DNA of 44,049 nucleotides, filler included, from Catajapyx aquilonaris (taxonomy: Eukaryota), in assembly GCA_000934665.2 (NCBI GenBank). It is 2 parts of 2 records of this genome, joined end to end, with 100 filler letters (N's around TTAATTAATTAA, not from the genome) between each part and the next. Parts side by side here need not be neighbours in the genome. Positions count along the whole stretch, not along the records: positions 22,076 to 44,049 come from KZ539440.1; 1 more part is not named here. One strand, given 5' to 3'. Within the stretch, counting starts at the first letter, position 1, and every line of letters begins with the position of its first letter. The notes beneath the pieces are model-generated. The model made no database searches and was not told where the DNA came from. It saw only the letters and a program-made list of their open reading frames with translations. Made by a program: the position numbers and the translations under genes. Positions 33,535 to 44,049 of this stretch are shown one piece after another.

Positions 33535-35839
33535 GTAATTGAATGCATTTAATTCAGTGTTATTTGTTTTAAAATGTGGTTCTCCGCCACACTAAGGAGA
33601 AGCTCACTGCCTCTGGAGAGAGTGGGGAGTTAAGGAATGAGGAACTCAACCACAAGGTTTTGCACAACCACATTAAGTATGCACATGGTCAACTATCCCT
33701 CTTCAAGTGTGTTTGGATGTGTGTCATATTCTTGAGGAGATAATTGCAGTGGGTTTTGTATGTTTATGAAGACAGTGCTTGTGTTGCTCAAATTGTAATT
33801 TTGATGCACTCCTATAAAATAGATTTCTTCTCAAATGCGTTACTGGCATAAAAGTTGTGTTCATCAATGATGATGGTATGTGAATATCCGGTGTGAAGAG
33901 GTGATCTATCTGGAAAGGACTTGAATTATTTTGTGGAATAGTACTACTGTTACCAGAGGGACCAGTCATTATAAATTCTGTGGATATGTACATGCCAAAG
34001 TAGGAAATAAAATGGTTGCTGACGCATGTTCAGGAAAACAATTTTATTTGCACATTTGAACATGATCCAACATCTATAAATAGAAGTAACAAATGAATTT
34101 CACAACGCTTCTTTTCCAAACTTAACAGTAAAGCAATGTAAATGAGGATCTATCTGCACAGTTTGACAGTGGACTGAAAGAGATTAAAGAGAAAACAAGG
34201 GACAAATGATTACATTTGTTACTCAACCTAATTTGGTTTAAAATTTCCCAAAGTGTACATGCAGCTTCGAAAAATGACAGTGAACTTGGTGCCCCATTTG
34301 TTTTATTATTGTTATCATTCTGGTGCTGTTCATACACTTGCCACATACACGCAAAAACATGCACCCGAATAGGAGTATTGATGACTACTTGTCCTGTGTA
34401 CTTCAGCTTCGTATTATTAGTCTACTTATTGCTGAGGCTAAAAATCAACACCATGTCTTATTTTTTGCCACACGCAGCTGTTCTACTTACAATTTTTTGG
34501 AATAATTTATTGCACCTTTTTTTTCCTAACATTTGTTGTACATTTGAAAGTCTTTGACAGGTATATGATGGTAATGAGTTACGCCACTTTTTCTACGATG
34601 AAAGTCATGAAATGAATTCAGTTTTTTATAATGATGTTATGGGACTACTAATATGAAATTATTTTAACTATGATATAATAGAGGCCACTCCATACTCAAC
34701 TTAATTAGTTACTCGATCATGTCCAATTTTATTTTAGAAAGTGATGGGAGGCAGGAGGATGTGCACAAAGGGTTAAAGATTGTGTTTGAACTGAAGTTGC
34801 TATCCTAGTAAGTAAATATTAGTGTCACACCACCATTATGAGGGCATCCTTGGAATGTTTGTCCTTATAGGGGTAATTTTAAATTCCTTGTGTGCAGTGT
34901 ATGCATGTCCTCACAAGGTGGCATAGTGCAAAATTCATCGAGACCCTCACAATAGAGGTCAGAGGTTAGATTAATCTAATCTTAGTGCATTTTCATTGTG
35001 TGTTCGGTTATTTAGGAGAGGTTAGGCTCTATGCACGTGTAAATTTTTCCCATGAGGGTAGTAGAGGTGTGTGGATGTGTCATGTGTGAATTACTACATG
35101 AGGATCAAAGCATGTATGAACCCATTATTCTGAGGACCTTCAATTTGTTACTGTAAGAACCCTTGTGGGCTTTGAACTGTTTGAAGTCTTCGTAAGTGTA
35201 GGCCTAATATAAAACTTGTCGTCCAAGTCCTCAAAACGTCCTGTAGATTGTAGGTTAGGTCATATAAATTTGTTTGTATTTTCACTGGTTATTAAGTTAG
35301 GTGATACAGTTAGTATAATTCCTGCATAATTGGGCATATGGGTGATTCCTTAACCTGTTCCAAGAACATTCTCCGCTTCTATTTTTGACTGGTGTTCATC
35401 ATCACATGTGGCATTAACTTAGCTTTGGTGACATTCCCGTAATAATTACCATGAATTACCCTGCTGTGTAAACAATTTAGCTTCTGCCCATGATCTTACT
35501 GCATTTCAAAAGTAAGTGCTGTTAAGCTGTAAATTTTATTTAAAGAATTTCCCAACACATTTAACATGGCCTTGTGATGGAACTTATCTTTAGCTACCAC
35601 TCCATGCCTTTTTAGAACTGGGGTACTATATTTTGTAAGCCTATGTCGAGAACTTTCACTGCCAAGACCATTGCTGTTTCCAAGAGCTCTTGCTGTTTCT
35701 CTTGATCAATTGCTACATTTTCACCTGTCAAATATTATCTGTAGGTGATGAAATAAGAAAGGCCACTGATGCAATGTCCAGACTATGGTCTGGACTGTTT
35801 GGAAAATGCTCAAAGGTGTTCCACTTGAATTGTTGGAGA

Positions 35840-36100
35840 CTAACATGTAACAATGCCTGACTACAAATCGCAGTTCAGACAGGCATTACCCAAAGTTTCA
35901 AACAGATCACATTAGAGCACCCGGGCCATGGTCCAGACCTTGCACTGAGTAACCTTTACTTGCTTTGTCACCTCCATAAAATTTGGGCAGGTCAGAAACC
36001 CCGTAGAGTGACCAACAGACAAAGGAATATGCTTGGTGGCAAGAGTGCTTAACACAGGCTTACAAAATATAGTTCTACAATTCAGAAAGTGCTTTTTGCT
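35840..36100 (+). pseudogene. Degraded mariner transposase remnant
   Basis: LEHPGHGPDLALSNLYLLCHLHK (about 35912-35980) resembles the mariner HPPYSPDLAPSDFHLF motif. Confidence 0.5.
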
Positions 36101-36377
36101 AGATGGGGTTTGTGCAAAGTTGTAGCTCAAGATATTCACCATGAAGTAGCCATGTTGATTTCTGTGGGATATTCTTATTACAAATTTTATGGCCAAACAG
36201 TACTTACTTTTGGAATGCAGTAATAGTTGAGTGGTATATGAAACATGACCTTTCCTATAATTCACATGGGGATGCCACCAAAATTTGTTTCTGCTATGCA
36301 CATAAATAGCATCTCTAGCCCAAAATAATGCGTAGGACTTTGGTCTTGAAATAGATGAAGGAATGACCACACATGTA

Positions 36378-36501
36378 CTGTATACGCCAAATTGTTTCAT
36401 ACCCCCGGGGTATGAAACAATTTGTCGTATACATAGGTATAGTGCTATATACGACAAATTGTTTCATACCCCGGAGGTATGAAACAATTTGGCGTATATA
36501 G
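36378..36501. mobile_element. TA-flanked double-hairpin MITE
   Basis: Two copies of TATACG.CAAATTGTTTCATACC..GGTATGAAACAATTTG.CGTATA; the whole element is also palindromic. Confidence 0.85.
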
Positions 36502-38263
36502 TACAATAATATATTATGCAGAAGTTGTTGACCATGCTCTATATTTTCCTCACAATGTTGCATTATCTGTGTGCACTAAGGTGTGTCAACAGTATTATTT
36601 TTATCAGTTCTACCTTACCCATTTCAAATCAATATTGATCCTACTACACACCAAATGAGGATATGTTAATTTTATAATTTTAATTAAAATTAGGCGATGG
36701 TTGAGCAACTATTTTTATCAAGTATAACTGGAGTGATCCATGTATGCTCTTTAAAAACCTAGTGGCTCCACATGTCACTTAATGAGGATATGAAGGTATT
36801 GCATACTTATTCACCTTTCCCTATCATCACTGAGTGGTTGAGACATGAGGTATTGAAAGCGCATTGACGATATATTAGAGGGGTCTTTTTTCCACCCATC
36901 ACAGAGCAGCTAAAATTGGACTGTACATCACGCTCGAGATAAAAGGGCTATAAGTTTTGGACACTTACGCTTTGGTATTAGTGTACATCTCTCTTTTTCA
37001 ACAATAATGACGAGAACAGAGATACAGGATTCAGTAATTTTTTATACAGTTATTGTCACCACAGCCTTTGAGACTGAAATATTACCTTTGCAGGTAGTTT
37101 CATTATCTTTATGCTAAGCCTATCAAAAAAAATGCAAATTAAAAACTAGTTGCAACTGATATATGGCCAAATTTTATAATGCCAAGGTATTAAGGTAGGG
37201 TTGTCAACTAGATTCCCTGCAAGTTTTGCTAAATACACATTGGAAAAAAGTCATGGTGCATACTCTATATTTAAAAAAAATTTAACAAACCTAGACAAGC
37301 AAAGTGGCATAAATTATGAGGTGCTGCATGCATGGAAAAATATTTTGATCTGAACACAGACAACAAACAGAGCACACTATAATTCTAAAATGTTAGCAGA
37401 TTTACATCTCTCTTCCCTCTACCCCCTATCATCTCTGCCCTGCAGAATATTACCCATGTCCCATGTGCAGTAGTGTTAAAGGTTTTCCTGCTCTTAACTG
37501 CAAGACTTTCGCTATGGTTCCAAACTATGTACTATGATCCACTGCTGATGAAGCAACAAGCATGAAATGCATGTCTCTTGGTGAGTGGTAGTAACTGATA
37601 GAGACTATTGCCCCCTGATGGTGATTGGTATTGTGTTTGGCCAGGTTCTTGAAATGCAGGCTGCACATTGGCTTATTCACATTTGGAAACAGATGGCTGG
37701 AGATAGTGCAATTACTTCCAATTCTTCACCTAGTCTTCTGCCCTCATCTTTCTAGCAAGTTGGTCACCACGACTTTGTTGTGTTTCACCAAGCATTTAAA
37801 TGATAGCCAATGCATGCTGTGGTTCAAGTACCGTACCTGATTGAAGCATACCAAGCTGCATCGCATGTGATAGTAAATATCACTCTCCACCACACTGCAA
37901 TTAACATGTACTGCATTTATGTATACAAACTGAAGGACCACAAAGAAGGTCGTCAGTTAGGTTATCACTGAAGTGGAGTTGCTCAGGTGTGAATGTGCAA
38001 ACTGACATGTGATAGTTTTTGAGCAAAGCAGCATTGAGACCATGACATTTTCTATGCTGGGAGTGGTAGTTACCAACATTGTGCAATGCCACTGTATGGA
38101 ATATAATAAGTTACATAGTGAATATAAGTAGCCTGTGTTTTGCTATAATATACCGGTATTTAATTTTTTTTGCCGCCACAAACAAGATTTCGTCAAGTTA
38201 TTTTGAAGTAAACCAGCGAATTTGTGTGATACATATTTTGCTTTGGACACTAATATTTTAGGT

Positions 38264-38452
38264 CAGTGGTTCCCAACCCGTGGTAATTTTTATACATTAA
38301 AAAATAAACAAAATAATATTTATAGGAAATTTCACCATGAAGGTTTTTTTCAACATCTACTAACACCGGGGGAGGGGGGGGGGGTCGCAAGTTACTTGAC
38401 TATTGACTATCATAAAAGAGGGTTGTGACCCGAAAAAGGTAGGGAACCACTG
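38264..38452. mobile_element. hAT-Charlie-type MITE
   Basis: CAGTGGTTCCCAACC ... GGTAGGGAACCACTG with a perfect 8-bp TSD TTTTAGGT. Confidence 0.92.
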
Positions 38453-38532
38453 TTTTAGGTGGAAAAGTGTGTACTTGTGTGAATGAAAAAAGTGAAAGCT
38501 GAGATTTCAATTCTTATAGAGGAGTTGAGATA

Positions 38533-38654
38533 CAGAGTGATTCTAAGATCTGGACACATAGGTAATAGTATTTTATCGTTGGTTGCCATGATACCAATTG
38601 TCAACCAGCAATGCAATACTATTACCTATGTGTCCAGACCTTAGAGTCACCCTG
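38533..38654. mobile_element. Tc1/mariner MITE
   Basis: TA|CAGAGTGATTCTAAGATCTGGACACATAGGTAATAGTATT ... AATACTATTACCTATGTGTCCAGACCTTAGAGTCACCCTG|TA. Confidence 0.9.
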
Positions 38655-38868
38655 TATTGTGCACTGAAAGTGATGCTTAATGATATCAATGATTGTGTGC
38701 ATGTTGTTGCACCTTGTCATATACCCTCTAATTGGATATTCCAGTGGGAAACCATGATTGCACAAACATCAGAGTCCTGAAATGTCAGTTTTAGTAAACA
38801 ATGTGACTGTAAAAGTAGGGTACCATGTATGGCTGCCATAACGCTCAAAATAAACATGTCTGTGTGTG

Positions 38869-38917
38869 AATAATAATAGTAATAATAATGATGATGATGA
38901 TGATGATGATGATGATG
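38869..38917. repeat. Compound microsatellite (AAT)n(GAT)n
   Basis: Seen directly. Confidence 0.9.
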
Positions 38918-39153
38918 CTAAAGTAAGCTTAATGGCCTCTTAGCCCTCAGAGCAACTCTGGTTGTGGCCTCAACCACTCTGCCACTGTTCCACTAATTAT
39001 TTCAGTTGACAATACCTCTTTTGCATCTGTACTTTTCACTTTTCTAATTCACACTATTGAGCATCTCTTATGCCAACAATATTAGTGCCTGAAGAAAAAT
39101 GTGTGTCCTACCGATTCCTTGTCTAATTGGTAGGATTGGTTGTCATGGGTGTA

Positions 39154-39360
39154 CTATCACCCAAACAAGGATTGTCGCCTCCTGGCTTGGATGCAACCCA
39201 TTGCACAGATGTGTGTTGCTTCTCTGACCCCGTCCCATATCTGCTTTGCTCGGCATTGGAGCCTCCTTAGCTGTCTTTGTGGACACACACAATGCACACC
39301 TGTGCAATGGGTTGCATCCAAGCCAGGATAACCCGGCGACAATCCTTGTTTGGGCCATAG
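39154..39360. mobile_element. TA-flanked hairpin MITE
   Basis: CTAT..CCCAAACAAGGATTGTCGCC / GGCGACAATCCTTGTTTGGG..ATAG. An inner inverted block CCTGGCTTGGATGCAACCCATTGCACAG is also present. Confidence 0.88.
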
Positions 39361-41427
39361 TACACTCAAGTAAGTGACTTGAATATTTAAAACAGCCTCT
39401 TTACCTTGTTCACATGTCCTTTAAATGATGGGGTCGGGGGGGGGGGGGNGTGTATTTTTATGTTTCCCAATATTGGAATGTGATGTGTGGGCTCCTACAC
39501 TGGATATTTCTTGCATTGGCTGAAGTGCCATTTTGCCATACTAAATTTATAAATAAGAAACGAAAGCACCATGACTTTTGCTTCAATCTGTGTATATCTT
39601 AAGTCCTTGCAAGAAAAGAAGTCAAAAAATAATTCCCACTACCCATTAATAGCAGTTTTCCACACTTTTTTGGGGACTAGATTAACCACACCAAAGTGAT
39701 TTGGTGCAAACATTCATACAAAAGGCACAGACTGCAAATAAAAAAAGAATGACTGTTTAGCTCTTTTTTTCAGTATTTTGTTAACAAACTCCTTTTTTTA
39801 TATATATAAACATTATCTGTTAAAGGAGACAGGACAGGATATTTGAGTTTTGGGTATGGAAAGTTATGCATGTTATGAATAATAATTTATGACTGTAATT
39901 TGGCACAGATTAAGGAACAACCAATGAGATTCGTATTTAGCCCAGGACACCGGTCCTGTCCCTTCACTCTCTTCAAGTTATTTATAATCATATATCTTTT
40001 AAAACTTAGCGACAAGGTTTGATTAACATATTCAATGTATCTACATAACATATGGGTCTGTCTCTCTCCCTATCATTCCACTTTTTTAAATTCGCTCTCA
40101 TTTGCACTCTCACCTGACCTAACAGCCTATTAGTAAAATAAGACACACAAACATACTGTACACTTGTCTCAGTTTTGTTCACCAGTTGGAAGTTCTGATT
40201 TATGGCAGCAGCGTCTGAGGAGCTGCGCCAAGGAAAAGAATTTTTTCACACCAAACAACACTGGTACCTCTTAAAATTACAGCACATTAAAATGTTATGG
40301 AGGTTGGGTGGTGAGGGTAAAAGTTGGGATGGGTGGTTAGGTTGACTGGCAGAAATGGACACGCATGGAATTAGAGTGAACTCCCACCGACTTAAATGTA
40401 CAGAACTACTGGATTGCTTTTGAAACACACTTGAACTGCCTGGATAATTATAAATTACTGCAGACTACCAATGATATTACCATTGTTGTTTTTCATGGTG
40501 TGGAGAAGCGTCCATTGGAAATGACATTGTGAGCAGATCAAAATCTCTGCCTACAGTCTAGTGCCTTTTAACTCTTATAGGTAAGTATCAGTTTGTCAAT
40601 GAGAATTCAGCAACTGACTCTTGCATTAGCTGCACATTAAAATCCATGTTATCTAGGTAATAATATTGGCGTATTATTTGACTGGATCGGCATGTTGTGC
40701 ATGGTATGTTTAGTATTCTACTGTAGTACTAATAATGTATTAAGGAATTAACAAAACCATTGCAGTTATTGGTTGAATAGTGCCAGCCACACAAATCTGT
40801 GTACACTAGTTAGATTCAATAATAGGTGTAATTTTGAGAATTTTTTGTTGACAACTGTGTGAGTTTCTTGAGTGATTACCACCACATTTATTACCATACT
40901 AAAATTAATGTGAAGCACTTAATGAAGCAACTAATATTTTAATATCTGTTAATGCTTAAATCATGTTACCAAAACTGAAGTCAGGAGAAGTTTGAATATC
41001 CCGCCAATTAGTCTAACTGTTACGTAGGATGCAATATCATATTTAAAGCTAAATTCATAAATTCTATTGCCAGCAATGACTTCTATTAATTATTGTAAAC
41101 AAAATATTGGAGAGCATGTGATTTAAAATGTGTATTGTATAAATTGGACATGCCAGTTACAAGCAGTGTTAAGTGATTTTATGACATGCCTGCTGTGGGG
41201 ACTTAGTAAACAATTAGCTTATAACAGTACAGAAAATGATAAACTGTCAAACAAGATGGCCATTTGCACTATATCATGGACGTTTCGCCACACCTGTGCT
41301 ATTCTACCTGTATCGCACTTGTACAACAATGAGAGGGAATGAAAGACACAGTTTTCACCTGCTCTCTTTTTTCCATTGTGGATATTATCAAGTGTGGCAG
41401 CCTGCACTCGTGTTATGCCCTCTTCAT

Positions 41428-42833
41428 CTAATAGGTGCGATCTTCAACTCCTCCGTACATATAGGAGTCTGTCGGCTGCGGCTGTACTTGTTCTACTGCA
41501 TTGGCCCTGGGTGGGATGGGAGGGCCAGCCATGGGCGGGCCAGGAGCAGTCTCCATGGCACCGTAGGATGGAACTTTGCCATTTGCGTACCCTTGCGCAC
41601 CATCCATGGCAGGGGTGCTCTCCTGGGAATGGGTCATGCCATGAAGCATAATAGTTCTTTTAAGTGACACCGACTAGGTTGTACATTTTGGCTTACCGTC
41701 TGGAATGGGTTGAAAGGGTTCGCATTGCCATTTTCGATGGCATAGGTAGGTGCTTCTTCCTTGTAGGCGTTTTCTAGGGGGTTCCAGGGTGCCTGCTGCT
41801 CACCAGGTGGTTCCGCCCAGGGTTGGAGATCGCCTGATGCAAAGATTGCATAGAAACCAACTCCCAGGAAGTGAATTATGGACGCGATCAGGAACACTTC
41901 CTGCCACTCCAGTGCTTTCTGAAATAATTGCAGTTTGTGTCATTACTTTACACCAGCCAGTATCGGGTTCAAATACTTTTGGCCACTTTATCCTGGTCTT
42001 GAAGCAACCTTTCGCACAGACCCCACGTTAAGGAGGTGTGTTTGTGTGAAGGGTTGCTTCAAGACCAGGATAAAATGGCCAAAAGTATTTGAACCCGATA
42101 GTATACATTGATGGAAATTGTTTCAAAGGGCCAAATCATAGCATAAGTTCTCCAAGTAAAAATACTGATGTGATCATGCCAAGGAAACGGCTGAATTAGT
42201 ACTGTACCTTACCGTGTGCATTTAGTCATTCACGAGTTATGTGGGATTGCATTTTTACATTTATAAGGCCGAATAAGTTTGATAGGCCTAGAATGTGCAG
42301 GATAAATAAATCAGAATAACATTGGCAAATTGACAAATATCCACTGTCCACTTCTGAACATTCGCTTGATGCCCACTGAACATTTTTGTACTGAACCAGT
42401 ACATACTGTATAGGTGAACGTTCACAGAAAATTCGCGCGTTACTATGGCCATTCGGTGCTTGCAGGTCCTGGTATCCAGAAAGGTTCAGGGGAAATGTAG
42501 GGGTATCCAATAGTATTATGGGTATTCCAGATACTGCACAAGTAGTATGCGAGTAAGCGTTTTCCCTTGCTGCATCTAGCGTAGGATTGTAAGTACAGTC
42601 TCGAGAAAAAATATGGAGACCTGACTGTAACATCGAGGGTGCCTTTGGTTTGTCTCCATTTTTTCTCTGGAGACTGTACGTGGGCTTAATGCGTGGTGGA
42701 CTTACCTTGTCTTTAGTGAGGTATTCTACAACGATGGGGCAAAACATTCCAGAGAAGGTGCCTATTCCATTTGATATGCCCATCAGGATGCTGGCGTACC
42801 GTGGAGCGATATCCAGGTGATTCACGTTGAAAC
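41428..42833 (-). CDS. VGlut: Vesicular glutamate transporter (SLC17), last three coding exons; 5' part outside window
   Basis: complement(join(41428-41622, 41697-41918, 42706-42833)) with phase-consistent GT-AG introns. Encodes [60 protein letters not shown], and an SYGA-containing tail ending [11 protein letters not shown]. Confidence 0.93.
41961..42100. mobile_element. Hairpin MITE in VGlut intron
   Basis: About 57-bp near-perfect arms beginning TATCGGGTTCAAATACTTTTGGCCA.TTTATCCTGGTCTTGAAGCAACC. Confidence 0.88.
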
Positions 42834-43954
42834 CTACGATATGCAGGGTTTAGAATAACAGCTGGAGAATATTATTATTCGTGATCCATTACAACCGGGG
42901 CCTTCTCAAGTGTAGGATTTAGGGTGCGTGAAGTAACAGTGTATTACAGACTGCAGCGAGAAAAAAGAGTGCAATACGTGACAAATCCATGGCACAGATA
43001 ACAATAGTTCTCATATGATCATGTTACCCGGGCTATTACCCAAATGGTACAAAGGGGGCCTGTATCCTGCCTCGGTCACTGTCTAATGAGCCTCATCTTG
43101 AGCTTTTTGAAGTAAAATCATCCCCCCTCCCCTCCCTTCCCCTCCCTCCTTCCTCCCCGCCAACCCCCTGACTGAGTCGCATCGCTACCAGTCATTAGCC
43201 TTGCAAATGAAGGGCTCATTGTCTGGCCCGTCACGGAATTCAAATGAGGGATTGAACACGTACATTTTTCGTGTCAGCACTTATTCCGCAATTATTCCCC
43301 TAAGGGGTGGAAAATGGGGAGGGCAAACTGGGGGGAGGAAGAAAACGAGCTGACTGGATGAATTCAAAAGCTTGTTGTAATACTCGTATAAATAACTAGA
43401 ATGGGCGTGAATGTGATGCGTCATATCATTGGCATAATGTGGAGAGGTCTAACCCCCCATACCCCCCACCACAGGTCCCCCTCCCTTTTCGCTGCGGCAA
43501 TTATTTGCTAATGGACCTGAGGGGTCAAGAGAGTGTGAAGACTAATCATTGCGATCTGGTGAGTACGGAACCTTTTTTTCTAATTACTCACATGTGGGAT
43601 ATATGGAAGTTTGTCAATCCTGTTGTCGGAACTGTGCCATTCGCAGTGTTTTTCAAGTGTACCGTATATTTACCGTGATTAGCAGGGCATCGTTTTAGTA
43701 CACTCATTACAGACTGTAGCTAATAGTTATATTGGCGTGAAGGACCATGGCATGGAGAGGTAGTGGCCTGTTCACGCTTTCCTGCAGCCCCTTCCTTAGT
43801 TTCTATTCCAAACTCCTTAAATTACATTTTTAAATTCCATCCTCTAATGCACTTAAAAAGCACCTTGAACGGTAACGATGACCTGCCATCATTGAGAATC
43901 CTATGCGCCAACAAATGAGTGGTCTTATTTACACATCGCTTTTTATATACGATA

Positions 43955-44049
43955 CTAGCAGCGGTACCCGTTCTTCGCACGGGGAAAAAAAGAGCGTGGA
44001 TAATTACACCGAAATCTTAGATCTCAAGCAATATTAAATGCAAAACTGT
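43955..44049 (-). mobile_element. Helitron 3' end (continues beyond window)
   Basis: Minus strand reads hairpin CCCGT-GCGAAGA-ACGGG, then TACCGCTG-CTAG|T. Confidence 0.7.

Noticed and set aside
42226..42705. C-terminal 160 aa of the 199-aa ORF
   Set aside because: Intron read-through after the AAG|GTAAG donor; VGLUT similarity resumes at 41918.
1..44049. Helitron 5' end at window start and 3' end at window end as one element
   Set aside because: Both are on the minus strand and extend outward from the window, so they belong to separate elements.

Overview
Eukaryotic, most likely arthropod, genomic DNA: intron-containing genes, many MITEs and tRNA-derived SINEs, and no prokaryotic features. 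An artificial 100-nt assembly spacer (44 N + TTAATTAATTAA + 44 N, 21976-22075) splits the window at its centre, so adjacency of the two halves is not guaranteed. Left half: a six-exon + strand gene (3371-9164) for an RRM-MYND-3x extended Tudor protein, the Vreteno/Veneno-type piRNA adaptor architecture. Its first coding intron holds a near-fully palindromic hAT MITE with a Tc1/mariner MITE on its symmetry axis, and a sister MITE lies 1.4 kb past the stop. About 12 kb of degenerate TE debris follows, including a KRBA2/SCAND3-type integrase remnant, a hAT dimerisation remnant and unidentified diverged repeats. Right half: the 3' exons of an SRSF7/9G8-like zinc-knuckle SR protein gene (+), whose 7-kb intron contains nested MITEs and a ~480-bp inverted repeat pair, and the last three exons of a convergent vesicular glutamate transporter gene (-). 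I found no demonstrably new biological system. The best leads are dsRNA-forming TE structures in and around a piRNA-pathway gene, splicing features of the SR gene (candidate 9-nt microexon, alternative 3' ends), modular SINEs sharing one tail, and unidentified coding-like repeats at 11-16 kb. All calls were made by eye; no searches were run.
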